Position numbers and translations under genes: made by a program. Under the pieces are notes generated by a model. That model was not told the DNA's origin and ran no database searches. It saw only the letters and a program-made list of their open reading frames with translations. A stretch of DNA of 54,000 bases, the filler included, from Basidiobolus ranarum (lineage: Eukaryota), in assembly GCA_040143965.1 (NCBI GenBank). It is 4 parts of 4 records of this genome, joined end to end, with 100 filler letters (N's around TTAATTAATTAA, not from the genome) between each part and the next. Parts side by side here need not be neighbours in the genome. Positions count along the whole stretch, not along the records: positions 1 to 13,441 come from JASJQH010000482.1; 3 more parts are not named here. One strand, written 5' to 3'. Shown here in pieces: positions 1 through 12,789 of the stretch. The stretch's first letter is position 1; every line of letters starts with the position of its first letter.

Positions 1-2718
1 GATGTGGCGCCCAACTTGTGCATCGACAGCAGATAGTGGGTCATCGAGTAGGTATACATCCGCACGAGCATAAACAGCACGTGCTAAAGATATACGCGCC
101 TTTTGTCCTCCAGACAAATTAATCCCCTTCTCACCGATTTCAGTCAGATCACCACCAGGAAGCATATCAAAATCACTAACCAGGGCACATGCTTTGATCG
201 TATTTTGATAGAACTCTTCATCGTAGCGGTGTCCAAACAAGATATTTTCTTTGACGGTAGCATTCATAATCCATGGCTGTTGTGAAGCATAAGCCACTTT
301 GCCTCGGATCAAAATACTACTAGCTGGAGATTTATCCATCTCACCAAGTAGAGCAGATACCAGAGACGATTTTCCAGAACCTACTTTTCCGACAATAGCA
401 AGGAGCTCGGCCTTTTTACAGGAGAGGTCGATATTGTTTAGTACGGGGGAAGGTGAGTTTTTATCCCAACGGAAAGTTCCATTTCTGATCTGGATCATTG
501 GTTTTTTGTTGGTTTCTTCATGACTGGAGGTGGAGGTAGATTCGTCAATGTCTCTAGCTCTAACATCTCTGATGAAAGATAAACGTTGTACGGCATCAGG
601 GTCTAGTTCTTCGGATGTCAAGAATTTGTATAAACGACCGAATGCTACAGAAGCCTCAACCATTGAGGAGATAACACTGGGGAACATCGTAAGAGGGAAC
701 TGAAGCAGGTTGAACAGCGACAGAGAGACAAATACCAAATCTGGGGTTAGAGGATCATTATTGCCAACGAGTGTATATAAAGCGAAGGTTGACAGAGTCA
801 CCAAGAAAGGTACACAAACGGTGAAGAAATTTTGGATTCCAGCAATGTATCCGCACTTCTTGAGAGTTTCAATTTCCATGTCATTACGAACGTGGAAAAT
901 TCGGCTCAAAAAGCTCTTTTCCCAAGCGTATAACTTGATGACTTTGATTCCATTCAAAAGTTCATCAGTCAACTTGATACGGACATCTTTGTTTTCCATT
1001 TGAACTTTCTGAAGAGCTTGCATCTTACGAGCTAGCAATCCATTCAAAGGAATCGATAGGATCATAATACCTACACCAGCGAAGATGCTAGGTCCAAGTG
1101 TCTGGTATAAGAAATAAAGAGAAAGTCCAATTTGGAAGGGGCCACTCCATGCTATATTTGCATACAGGCATAGGTCTTGCACTCTTTGTGCATCCACAGT
1201 CATATGATTGACAATCTCGCCAACGGTGTACTTCTGCCTTGCGCTATTTGATAGAACTAAAGCTTTGCGGTAGATAGCTGTAACTAGTGCACAACGGAGC
1301 TTCATGCCAGTCACGGTGGTCCTTTGAAAATATTGATGCAGAAATATGGTTTGTGCGATAGCAGTCAAGAACATAGCACCTGAAGATACAAAATATTAGG
1401 CTCATTATTGCATACTTGCATACGTTAGTGTAAGACCAATGCTTACCAGCAATCAAAAATCCACGATAAGATGGCTCGGGATTGTCCGAGGCTTGACTTC
1501 CTACGAATCCCATCAACTTCCCGAGAAGTTGAGGTTGGACAAATGCAAGACCATCTTGTAGGACCTTGAAGAATGCACCATACAAGAATGGTAAACCAAA
1601 TGATTTTGCCAAAGTCCACACTAATGATGGACTTCTCTTTTCTTGCGATAACTCTTGTTGCCATTTATCTTGAAATTGATCAGAAATTTGTTTGGCTTTG
1701 TGATCATTTTCAAGTGTCCATAAATCCTCCTCTACCAAAGGCTTCTTGCTTCCGGTTTTCAATAGAGGATTCATCCAACTGAAAGTAATAAGCGAGAAGA
1801 TGTTGGCAAATTGCTCAGGACAAACATTGTAATCATCTCCTGGTATGAGGTAATCCATCTTGGACTTCGGGATTAGTTCTAGGACGAAGATTGTGAGCTC
1901 AAGGAATCCTGTGATAGCAATCAAGACGAATTCCGTGAGATGTCTTCCATGATAATCAGTTATTACCAGAGTGCGCATGAAAACGGCATTCGTGAATAAT
2001 CTGAAAAGCCAGAACAAGAGTAGAACAGATGAAGCTTTACGGCTACGAGTATGCTCTAAGTGATGTATTGAAAGGACTAAGGCCTAGAATTCGACGAAAC
2101 AAATAGTAAGCACTATGAAATACAAAGAGCGATAACTAGAGCTCCAAATACCATATTGAAAATTGCGATCAAATTTGAGATGAAACTGGCTTCAACCCAC
2201 CAAGTTGAACCGTCTTTCCCCAATCTAAGCGCAACTACGATATTCAATGCTACTGCCAAACTGAAGATCAGAAAGAGAGTAATCTAAAGTAAAATACGGG
2301 TAAGATTCGAGGCTGATGCTGTGATATCTACGACTCTTCGAACTAACCATTTTGGCCCAGTAATGCAAAACAATGGTATTATTTTCAGGCAACTCGAATT
2401 TCTGACGTAACCGGTGCAAACGAGGAAATCCAAAAATAACTAGGAATACTATGGGGAGTAGCGCCAGGAATCTACACAACCGGGCAGGAATAAAAGTAAG
2501 TATACATTTGACGTCCACGGAAGAACGGTCGCAAACATACCCATTTTCGAAGCATGGTGTGAAATCTATGGTACGTAGAGATGACCAAGGTCCCTGTATC
2601 CAGTTAACAGCTGTTAGCTCTGTCCCATATACTACTGTAAAGATAACAGAATACTTACCCAGCCCTCTGGGTCGGAGCAAGTCATCCACCCCTTTGACAT
2701 GAGCCTCTCTAATTGCAT
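1..2718 (-). CDS. YCF1: ABCC/MRP-family ABC transporter, YCF1-like (multi-exon, 3' part runs off the window)
   Basis: Spliced N-terminus MQLERLMSKGWMTCSDPEGW|GPWSSLRTIDFTPCFENG; CPEQFANIFSLITFSWMNPLLKTG motif; TMD1 with ELLNGIKVIKLYAWEK; NBD1 Walker A region (AIVGKVGSGKSSL) and IGEKGINLSGGQKARISLARAVY...LDDPLSAVDAQV near base 1. Several GT-AG introns. Confidence 0.93.
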
Positions 2719-4955
2719 GGAAGCTTCTTTGGTATATACTCGAACAAAGTATTATGTTCAGAAATGAATGTCTATGGAAAGGTAATTCTCAAGCAAACAG
2801 GTGTGCAAATATCTAGTGTTTATTCACAGCAAAGTGCGAGGGGTTCTGCTTGGAAGAAAGCCACTTTATAGATGCGATGGACCAGGCACTATTTAGCATT
2901 TGTAATGAGATGGTAGTGGCACTGTTGCTGAGTAATGGCTTGATGTGATTTGAACTGGCAATTTAACTTATGTAACACCTGACTGTGGATTGGGGAGATC
3001 GTATCGATCATCTACCAATGGTTTAGCTTCATTCTAGAAAGGAATTGCATGTCCACACTTTCTGATTAGTAACTGTTGAATTAACTCTGTTCCAAATGTG
3101 GACTCATGGATATAGCATAGCAACTTTAGTTGCCCAAGTTAAACAGCCGAGCAGTACAATTGGCTTGAGGCAGAAACTCATACTCTCTACGTTCAGGAAG
3201 CTCCGCTTAAGCCAGACTCGAGAGGCATAAGATTCGATTTATTACGTTTTCCGGTTAAACAGATTTGTAACACTCTCTAGCATCTTCTGACGCAGGTCTC
3301 TGCAGCATGCTACAAATAGTAACTGAATTTTTCTCGAGGGAAGGCTGACGAATGCCTTTACCCATGACTAAGCCAGGTGAAAGCTTCGGACAAAGATTAG
3401 AAGCGTCCCATTGAAGCCATACCCCTACCTCAGCAGACCTGGCTCGTTTCATTCAAGCTCTTGTTGTGTTCATACCGCATATTGATGAATTCTGAATAGA
3501 TGCCGATGTGGAGGCGTCAAAGGGAGAGGAGAATACAAGAAACTGCGGATCACAGGGTAGTAATGACGTACAACCTGCTTTGTGCGACGCAAAAAAAAAT
3601 TGCAAGAGATAAATATTTGCTCACACTGGTTTTACGAAGAATATACGATCGTGACTCATTCGAATGAGTTGTGATAGTCCATTTCTTAGCAAGCTATCTC
3701 CGCCACGAACCATTGCCGCGGTAGTCTGAAATACCGAACATCTTTGTAGCTATAGTCTGGCTCAAGAAGAGCAACCAATTGGGCAGCCCACACTAACCCA
3801 ACCCATTATCGAGATTATCAAATGGGATGGATTGAGAATCGCCGCTTTCGACACAGAAAATCTGCATGTCGTACAATCTGATAGGAGGTTTTTATGGAGA
3901 TATGGTAATTGGAGCGATACACAGCACTTCCGGACATCACAGCCCTTGGAGTTCTGGGAATGTAGATTCCAAAGCTGTCGAAAAAAGTGCCATTGCGGTA
4001 CCGACGTCAGAAACTACATGGTTCGGCGGATGTCTAGGATATATTCTTCTCTCTTAAGGGGTCCATAAGCAACGCCCAAAAGTGTTGATAGGGGGCGGAT
4101 GTGATCACTGGTCTAACCACTTACCCCGCTAAATTCCGGACTATCTTCTGATTTAGAAGTAACTTAGGAATTCGTTTTTATTTTCCGTTTGGTAGACAGC
4201 TATTGGGTTAGGTTTAAGGCTCCAGATGCAATATAACTCAAATGGGTTTAACTTTTCGCCACTTGCATATTTGGGTGGATTTTTGTTCTAAATACATCCT
4301 TGCCCCATAGAGTTCACTTTATGAAGGGCGAGCTCATTGAAAAGTATCCTTTTGGTATGTTGTAAGCTCAGACCCATCTTATAGCATATCCAACACTTAA
4401 GAGACCTACTGCTACAACTCGGACTTAATCCAATGCTTTTTGAAGGTATATACCGCTTTTCTCTCTATCATCTTTAATCGTTCTTACCTCAACAGTTAGC
4501 TGCCCTCTCTCGATGCTATAGGAATCAAAAGAGGTTAGCCCTATCGTTATACTCTAGAATTGACATCTACGATGTGCTAGCATATCGGTAACTATATCCG
4601 AATTGTCCCGTAGTTTTGGCTAGAATATCATGAGTTTGCACATCTGCGTTGAAGTAGGGACCATTGAGCTTGTTCCCTATTGTATACGTCACTGCGCTTT
4701 TGGTATACGACTGATCTAAGCAATATTAGTTAGACATGGTCATCTCCTGATTTGGTGAGGCGGGCCAATCATATATTAAGGGTTTTCTGTATGAGTGAAA
4801 CAGATTTACAAACATGTGTTGTAAGTAGGAAACATAATGATAAAGTTTAAACAGCAAGTTTCAATATGGACATGAATTAGGGCGCTCTTTGGGCCTGGCA
4901 CCTTTCAGCTAGCAGTAGCATCAGGCTATTGCTTCGTTTATACATCTACTAGTGC

Positions 4956-6233
4956 TTATGTTGACCCAGAGGGAACATCAATTATCCTATGATGGTATTG
5001 TGAAGGATATCCCGATATAGTATGCTGATATCGGAATGGCGAATCACCAAAGTTAACTTGAACGTCGACATCACCGTCGGCTCCTAGAGTTGGAAATACA
5101 AGGTGCCACATCCCTTGGCGTGCAATCCCTAGATTATTACCATTAAGAGTAAAGAAAACACTACCAGAAGAACGCTCATACCCGCAACCAATAATATCCC
5201 CAACCCCAAATGAGGAAGAGTAGTTGCGGCCACCATATCCATCGTCAATATACTTTCGACCATCGTCCGAGTGATATCCAACACTATAGATATTCCATCC
5301 TGGAAGTCTAAAATGAGGATAGGGCCGAGTTGCTAAACCGATGGCAAATACCACACTGGGATCAGCTTTCGATAAAATGGTGACTTCGAAATACGATATA
5401 GATGTGATACTTTCTACTGAACACAGTTGCGTATCTCTACATATTGTTTCTTGAAGGAATAAATCGGAAAGTGAGGCCGGAAGTGGGAATTGAGTTTGAG
5501 TAGAGATATCATTGCCTTGAGTATGGAAGCGCAAAACTATTGATTTTGGTTTGCCTACAGTTGTGGAGACGAATTCACTAAGCATTGGAGGAATCAACCA
5601 ATTATTCATAGCCAGGTTCTTGTAGTAACTAAGATAATTTAGTTCTTCTATACTAGGTGGGAATGTTGATGGAGGGGATTGCTGACTGAATTGCAAGCCC
5701 GCTTCATAAAGTTCTCGTGTGCTATTTTTATGACTGGACAGGTAATGATTAGAAGAAATATCGGGAAGAACGTTGGTATATATTGGGGGAGGTAATGTTG
5801 GAGGAGGGATATGGTTTTCATTCACCATCGTTTCGGAAGGCCTGACTTCAAAGCTATAAACCGGAAGCGTCTCATTCAAAGAAGCACTCATGTTGTTATT
5901 GGTGGCTGATTGAGTTGGCTCAACCAACGAACTCGGCTGTGAAATATTTTCAGGGATTGGAGTGTATTCGTGTCGACGTCGTAGACCGCAACATTTACGA
6001 ATTCCAGCAAAAACTACAGCAACTAAAGCAACGGGAGCAAGACCCCAAAATGTTGAGCTACCACCATGAGCACCATTGGTCGGCCCACCATAGTATCCAC
6101 CGCCGCCTCCCCTTCCGTTACCGCCTCGTCCACCACCTTCCCCACCACCACCACCACCTTTAGCAAAAGCAGTACCTAAAGAAATCAGGAGTAGGATAAT
6201 GGCAATATTTGGTATAATATCAGGCTTTGGCAT
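4956..6233 (-). CDS. SPRY-domain single-pass membrane protein (Ssh4/Ear1-like)
   Basis: Intact 425-aa ORF: signal peptide, Gly-rich ectodomain, TM helix, LPVY/PPIY motifs, then SPRY (YFEVTIL...IGLATRPYPHFRLPGWNIYSVGYHSDDGRKY...DIIGCGY...VFFTLNG...VNFG). Confidence 0.88.
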   Translation of the reverse strand: MPKPDIIPNIAIILLLISLGTAFAKGGGGGGEGGGRGGNGRGGGGGYYGGPTNGAHGGSSTFWGLAPVALVAVVFAGIRKCCGLRRRHEYTPIPENISQPSSLVEPTQSATNNNMSASLNETLPVYSFEVRPSETMVNENHIPPPTLPPPIYTNVLPDISSNHYLSSHKNSTRELYEAGLQFSQQSPPSTFPPSIEELNYLSYYKNLAMNNWLIPPMLSEFVSTTVGKPKSIVLRFHTQGNDISTQTQFPLPASLSDLFLQETICRDTQLCSVESITSISYFEVTILSKADPSVVFAIGLATRPYPHFRLPGWNIYSVGYHSDDGRKYIDDGYGGRNYSSSFGVGDIIGCGYERSSGSVFFTLNGNNLGIARQGMWHLVFPTLGADGDVDVQVNFGDSPFRYQHTISGYPSQYHHRIIDVPSGST

Positions 6234-8391
6234 GTAGAGTTTAGTTTTTTGTAATGAACAAATTGCTCGCTTTACTTATCGTGATTCAACCTTTTATAGA
6301 GAAATATAGAAGTAGGAATTGAAGGTATTTTAATTATTGATATCAGCCAGGTGTTAATTTAATGCATAGGAATACTATTCGATCGTTTTGTTCGAATAAT
6401 ACCGGATCCAGGTTTAATTCGACCTTAGTCAAGTGATTTTGCCAAGAGATAGATGCACTCACATTCAATAATAATCGAAAAAATTATTAAATGACGCTTC
6501 TTAGTACTTCGTTATTACAGTAGCCTTGAAGTCAAGATTGTCCCTACTTCAAGATATAATTTTTCCATGAGGATATTTGTTACTATGTCTGAGATAGTTT
6601 GATTGTATATAGCACAATGTAGCCTAAATATTGGATTTTGGTAGTGATTTGGTGCACAATAAGTTTGAATTTATTTACTCTTAAAACATACAGCATGTAC
6701 AATAAAGTTACATATATTCAAGTGATCCATTTACTCGGTTAACATTATTATCTTTTCTTTTTCTTACAACTCTCAAATCCTATTCCAAGTAGAATTCATA
6801 CTACTACTTGAGTTTTCTGGTGGGAGTTAAATCTGTCCAATTCAATGGACATTCCGTGGCCTAATGGATACTATATGAAGCCTTGTATTGCTTCCTGCTG
6901 TTGGGACTGTGGCATACTACACTGTTATTGCAGCAGTTTACAAAATCCATATATTGCTTGTGAGAAAATTGGAAGTAATACTAGGGAGTTGCAGGTAGTT
7001 AATAGCTTGACAATATCTATGGCTTTCATATGTATGAATACGGTAATAGGAACTACAAAGAATATAGCTTGAAGGCCAGCCTATATAAACTCCTAGGATT
7101 TGTGACAAGCAATTCAAATCTTGGCCTGACTCACTATGTGCTATTAAAAAATTGATTATACCCATAATAACGTACAGGTAGTTTCCTCATACTGGTACGC
7201 AGGCAAGACAGGTAGCTTGGTCGACACTTTCAGATGATTGGTATGATGCCAAATACTGTCTAATATGGTGGTATCAATGCGGATCTTGCTCAACTGAGTA
7301 CCCCAATTTTGATTTCTACAGTTTTAATAAGATTGAATGCACAAACATGCATAGTTTGTATTATTAATTGAGTTTTGTTGAAGAAAATAGAAAGGAACAC
7401 GGATTTGAAGTGGGAGAGGACGATCATATACGCTACACATGTGTACGAATGTCCATGAGATTTAAGAGCAGGCGGTATAGTGAGCATCGACAAGGAGGAT
7501 TTCAAGTTGAGCAGTAGTGTAGCGCAAATAATACTTAGCGTTTATGCTTGATGAAGCACTGGATAGAGATTAACCTGACCCTAAGCATCCCCTTTCGCAA
7601 GCTATATATAACTAGAGAAATGATATTTGTTCACAAAATACACAAGTCAGTCGTAATGGAAATATACATTACAATGATTATTGTCACCCAACCATTAGCC
7701 CTTTATGAGCCATAAATACTCGAAGAAGCAACGAGTTGTCTACATGATACAATATACTATACATATCACAAAAACCATGAAATCGGAATCAAACAGATGC
7801 ATCATATTGAATATTTCTCCTTATCAGCGTGAGAACTGCTCCTTATTATATGAAATTACTATTAGCAGGGTGGAAAGCCGGAATACCAGAAGAAACTTTC
7901 AAAACTACGAATGAGCCCAGGAGCTTTAAAAGAATGCTAAAAAGAGAAACTTTGAACAAGTATGAGAAGATAATCGTGTTAAATTATCCAGTTTTACTCC
8001 TCTCGTATTCGTGATAACCATAGTAGGCAAAGGGTATGTTAATCTTCAAGTTCGTTGGGAAGGTGAGAGAACGACATATCTGGTATTGTCTTGAAAAGTG
8101 GGAAAATCGCACGAAGCAGCTGATATTAATATTGTTACTCTGCCTATTTTGGTGCCATTACCTGATTTAAAATGATATTTCCCCAGTTACTTGGAGGGAT
8201 ATGTGACTTAAAGGTGTAAGTCGAAAGAAATCTCAAGGCTAATTATTGTCAACGAAGTAACTAAAATATATTGTATGTTTAGCGGTGCAGCGATTCATCT
8301 TCACTATGAGAAAAGTATTTCCATTAAATAGCTCAAATATTTATTGGAATTAATCCGTGATTTTCATTGTTAACTTAAAATCGCACATGTG

Positions 8392-9264
8392 CTAACAAGC
8401 GCCCAAATCCGTCCAAACACTGCTAGTATCAGGATTTTCATTCTGAGTCCACCATCTGGCTTGCCACAGATGTCCTTTATACGTTACCTTGGCGGCTCCA
8501 TTGTAGGCGGTTCCCGCGTTCCATGCTGGAAAATCTTTACAGATTCCCGTGCCTGGAGTAGAAGTAGGGGCTGTAGATGATGTCGAGCTTTGGGTGGTAG
8601 AGCTTGTAGTAGAGACTGTACTAGAGGTGGTGGGTGTCTCGTTGGCATTGGGGCGGATGGTAATAGTAGGGCGAGCTGCCAGCAGATTTCTACCATCATT
8701 TGGTCCATCTTGAGGAAATTCCGGAATAGTAGTATAACCAGGGAGATTCACAACCAGAAGCTTAGGCCCAGCAATGTAACCTCCAATAGATCCCTGGATT
8801 TCAATATCAGCACAATTCATGTAGTATTCTCGATTCCCGATTTTATTGATCCACGCCCAAGCAAAAATGACATTCTTACTGGAGCCAGCAGTACTAGGAA
8901 TAGTCACAGAATACTCCTTACTTGCAATCAGACAATTACTGTAGATGGTTTCCAACACTGCAAAGGTCTGGCCATTGTCATAAGAAATGGCAAACTGGCA
9001 ATGACCTCCGTTATGAGTGGCAATTCCATTAAGCTTCACTTGTACCGAACCACCAGCCGCTACCGTCTGGACGATTCCGCCTTGTTCATAGCCCTTGCAT
9101 GGATAGACGCCTAATGGGTTAATCATATTATAGTCTGGAGTACCTTTCCATGTAGGATTGTATCGTGAGTGGCGTGGTGGAGGCTGAATCATTTCCATGT
9201 GAGCGACGATCAACGTCACAAAGCTAAGTAAACCGATGGAAAGGTGCCAGAAACTGAAGATCAT
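8392..9264 (-). CDS. AA11-family lytic polysaccharide monooxygenase with Ser/Thr linker and C-terminal CBM5/12 (ChtBD3) chitin-binding module
   Basis: Signal peptide followed by His1 (HMEM..PPP), PCK, ATHNGGHCQ and AWAWINKIGNREYYMNCA, all AA11 hallmarks. T/S linker, then AWNAGTAYNGAAKVTYKGHLWQARWWTQNENP, the ChtBD3 pattern. Confidence 0.88.
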   Translation of the reverse strand: MIFSFWHLSIGLLSFVTLIVAHMEMIQPPPRHSRYNPTWKGTPDYNMINPLGVYPCKGYEQGGIVQTVAAGGSVQVKLNGIATHNGGHCQFAISYDNGQTFAVLETIYSNCLIASKEYSVTIPSTAGSSKNVIFAWAWINKIGNREYYMNCADIEIQGSIGGYIAGPKLLVVNLPGYTTIPEFPQDGPNDGRNLLAARPTITIRPNANETPTTSSTVSTTSSTTQSSTSSTAPTSTPGTGICKDFPAWNAGTAYNGAAKVTYKGHLWQARWWTQNENPDTSSVWTDLGAC

Positions 9265-11554
9265 CGTAAGTTGCTAGTAGATATTTTATAATTGATATCT
9301 TTTCTTCTCGGGTGTATTTATAGCCCATTGAAGCTGTGAACACTCGATTATTTAGCATGGCTGACTCCGCGTGCAGTTGCTTCACCTGTTTTTGATTTGA
9401 TGAATGAGAGTATCTAGAGCTACTCCTGGGTAAGCATTTCTCAAGTGCCCCAGGTCTGGCTTACCAAATAGACCTAATGAATGGAGCTGGGCTTTACCTA
9501 TAAGGTTGGATATTCTAATTCTTACAAAGTTCCCAAGGCACCGGAATTTGAAACCAACTCTTGACTTATATGGCTAGATGAGTTAGAAATTTTGCACCAG
9601 TAATCCAATATTATTTCTCATAAAGAATCTTGTAAAGGTCGTTCAATGAAGAAATCCTCGTTGGAAGCTAGTTATTACCTTAACGTTTCGTTGACATTTA
9701 CATGTGTCGGATTTCAGCGTGTGTATTTGCGAATCCCAATAGTATCTAATAGTTTCATATAGTTGTCACGAAGACCCTCATCTACATCATGAGTAGTGCG
9801 AAAGTGTACCCTTCTCCTTTACAGGGATGTTACTTGCTTTTCAAGGGTACATGGAGGTACAGCCTCAGCAGAATGCTTTGAGATACCCTATTAAAAGCTC
9901 AGGAGGTTAACTAATTCGTGGCTGCTTCAATGGCGAATATGTATTTACTCATACAATCAGTGGTTGCTCATCGCACCAAATTAATCCAGGACAGTCACGT
10001 TTCATTACATGAATCAGGTACTGTGAAGGAGAAACTCATTTCTTGAGTATATCCTTTGTATTGGGACCAAGGTGAGATGGCTTTATAATATGATACTAAC
10101 AGATGTATAACTAAGTCCTAAATCAGAGATCCTTTATTTGCATCAAGTCCATATAATCACAAAGGATAGCAACTGTACATGGTGGGTAGACGACACTTAC
10201 TATAGCGTGGGCCCATAAGTATGACCAAAATAAAAGTTTTGCTAAGCAGACGATCTAAACTACTCGAACAACTGCCGACAGTCTTACCACTGAGTAACAG
10301 CATTTTGCGTGCAAGTGTACGATTTACCACTAGCTCTTGAAATTCTCTACTTCGTGGCGGTGGTAACTCAATTACAAATCTCATTAGCTTATTGCAGTTT
10401 CACCGACTCTATGAAGAAGCGAAGGACTCAAAATAACTAGCAGAACACGTTCACAAGGCTTATGCTGATCTTATAGTGTTATTGCACTTTTAAACAATCC
10501 AAAATCTTAACTAATCAATACTTTCAAAGAAGCTGTCTGTAATCAGCTGCATATTGTATAGGCTTCTCGATAGTTGTCACAAATGAATTCGAGATTCTTA
10601 CCCATGTTAACTAACGCAATATTTACCAGTAGTCGGAAGTGAGATAAGTCCACTACTAACTCAGTATTAATGGTTAATTTGAGTTCATCGACTACCTATC
10701 TCATTGATCAACTGCGCAGACATTTCAATTAATCAACTATCATAAGTGCAGAATATGATCTTCAACACAGGATTGGCTACCTTATCTTCGATTGGTACCT
10801 AAGGGCAGCATACATTAGGAAACATATAAAAATACCACCTTAACAGAATATCTTGGCTTGGCTGCTTTGTTTGTTGCTACCTAACCCTAAAGAATTATCT
10901 AACTAAACCTCAACAACCCTAATGCTAAATATTCACACACGACTCGAAAGGTTGACCAATACCTTTGTTGTCTCTTGGATAAAATATAATGACACCTCAA
11001 CCAAATATGATGTCCACCATGATAGGTTTGGAGTAAAAGGTTAGAGGCATAGTCATTGATAGCTGAGGTAATGAGAGCTCTAACCACGGTGCTAATTACA
11101 CCAAATACATGATTAGTCAGTTGCATCTTGTAACATGACGAAGATCTAGAGATAGAGGTTAATAGTATCTTTAATAGATGATTTCCCAAGAGGACACTTG
11201 CTGCTTGGCTATTTATCTCGTGATACAATTCCGCTGTACTTCGTATCTAATCAACTCACATTATATGTAGTACCGATTAAGCGAGCACATATATGGATTG
11301 TTATCATACTACTATACCTTTTATACTAGCATGCAAGTATACCTAAGTTCTACTTATGCCTACCATATAAGGCCACTGTGGTTCTCCTTTTGACTTATAC
11401 AGGCTACCTAATAGTTGGAATCCATTGACAACCAATTTGGAGGCGATTGACCGAAGAGCCGGGTTAAATAGGATTTCATAATATGAGTTTTCATAAACAA
11501 AGGAATTCAGCCATTTATTAATAAGTCTATAGTCGTTCGTAAAAACGAATTATA

Positions 11555-11956
11555 CTAGCATCGGTTGACTGTTAGTTGCCCTTTACTAACATCATTGACA
11601 TTAGGGAAGTCAACTGGGACACTTCCGCACTGCTTGCACCCATGATCACTTAAGAAGCCAAGAAGTTGGCATGCCTTCCACTTGGGAATTGTTCTGCCAC
11701 CCATATTTTGGGTGAACGCACAGAAGTTGCGGCGAACTGGGAAGTTGGTGATTTGCTCATTGACGGTGAGGATGTGTTGGCCGTTACTAAATTCCTGGTT
11801 TTGATCGCCACCGCATGATTGCTTCATTTCTCTGATGACAGATCCGAAGTTACCGACAAAGTTGCAGTCACTTGATCCTCTGCAGTTTATGCCAAGTCCA
11901 TTTGTAGCACCAATAGAGAGAACAAAGAAAGCCGCTGCTGTAATTGATTGCTTCAT
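11555..11956 (-). CDS. KP4 killer toxin-like secreted protein (133 aa)
   Basis: Signal peptide MKQSITAAAFFVLSIGATNG, then LGINCRGSSDC and C-terminal ACQLL...HGCKQCGSVP...NDVSKGQLTVN. These match Ustilago virus KP4 (LGINCRGSS.C ... HGC..CGS.P...NDVS.GQLTVN). TATA-like element near 11993-11999. Confidence 0.92.
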   Translation of the reverse strand: MKQSITAAAFFVLSIGATNGLGINCRGSSDCNFVGNFGSVIREMKQSCGGDQNQEFSNGQHILTVNEQITNFPVRRNFCAFTQNMGGRTIPKWKACQLLGFLSDHGCKQCGSVPVDFPNVNDVSKGQLTVNRC

Positions 11957-12789
11957 GGTCAGAATGTGGTTGGGAAGATATTGGAGTGTGATATTTATAC
12001 AGTGTTTTGATTGCTCTCTCACTAGGGTGAAGCCCCAGTTTCAATACCACTGTTACTCTGCCCCATCGCTCTGTTGTGCTATGCTAGTAACAGAGTGTTG
12101 ACATGTTGTAGCCTGTGTGTGCTCAGTTAATACTTCATTCAGTCTTCTCTACCGCCCGCTTGCTTCAATAATAAAAAATGACCAATACGTTTATGGAGTA
12201 ATTGCTCAAAATTAACCCCAAACCTAATGTGGGAATCTTTTTTTATCTCTTTCACAGCAAGTATCATTATATTACTATATTTGAGCAGAATATGTTGCCA
12301 CGCAGATCGACATATGATGATTACTAAATTTATGAAGTGGGGGAAATATTGCCCTGTATGGAGAGTTTCCGAACCTAAACATATTGTTAAGGTCCATTTA
12401 TCCGGATATTATAAATTGTGCTCATCGTGTTACCCAGCTTCTACTCTTCATTGACTTTCAGGAGATCCAGAGCAAAAAACATCTAGTTACACATACGGAG
12501 TATTATCCGAGATAATGGACTGTTCTTTGCCGGGTATTTTCCGATGAAAAGAAGCCAATGCTCGTCTTACAAAATAGTAATACTGATCATCCAGACAATC
12601 AGAAAGATTGCCGAAGATATATTATGCAGATTACGGCCTACCAGCTTGCTTTGTAATTGTTCGTTTCAATACCTGAGGCTGATACATCTCCTTGTGAGGC
12701 ATTGGCAGCATGTAGTCCATTGGTCACGTTGCTTGTAGCTCAATCAAATGGAAACAAAGGATGGTAAGAAAAACAGCTCTCGGTTAGAG

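Noticed and set aside
103-1782. Plus-strand ORFs at 103, 299, 710 and 1573
   Set aside because: Antisense shadows of the ABCC transporter. The same applies to ORFs antisense to the LPMO, KP4, M28, glycine-zipper and ThrRS genes.
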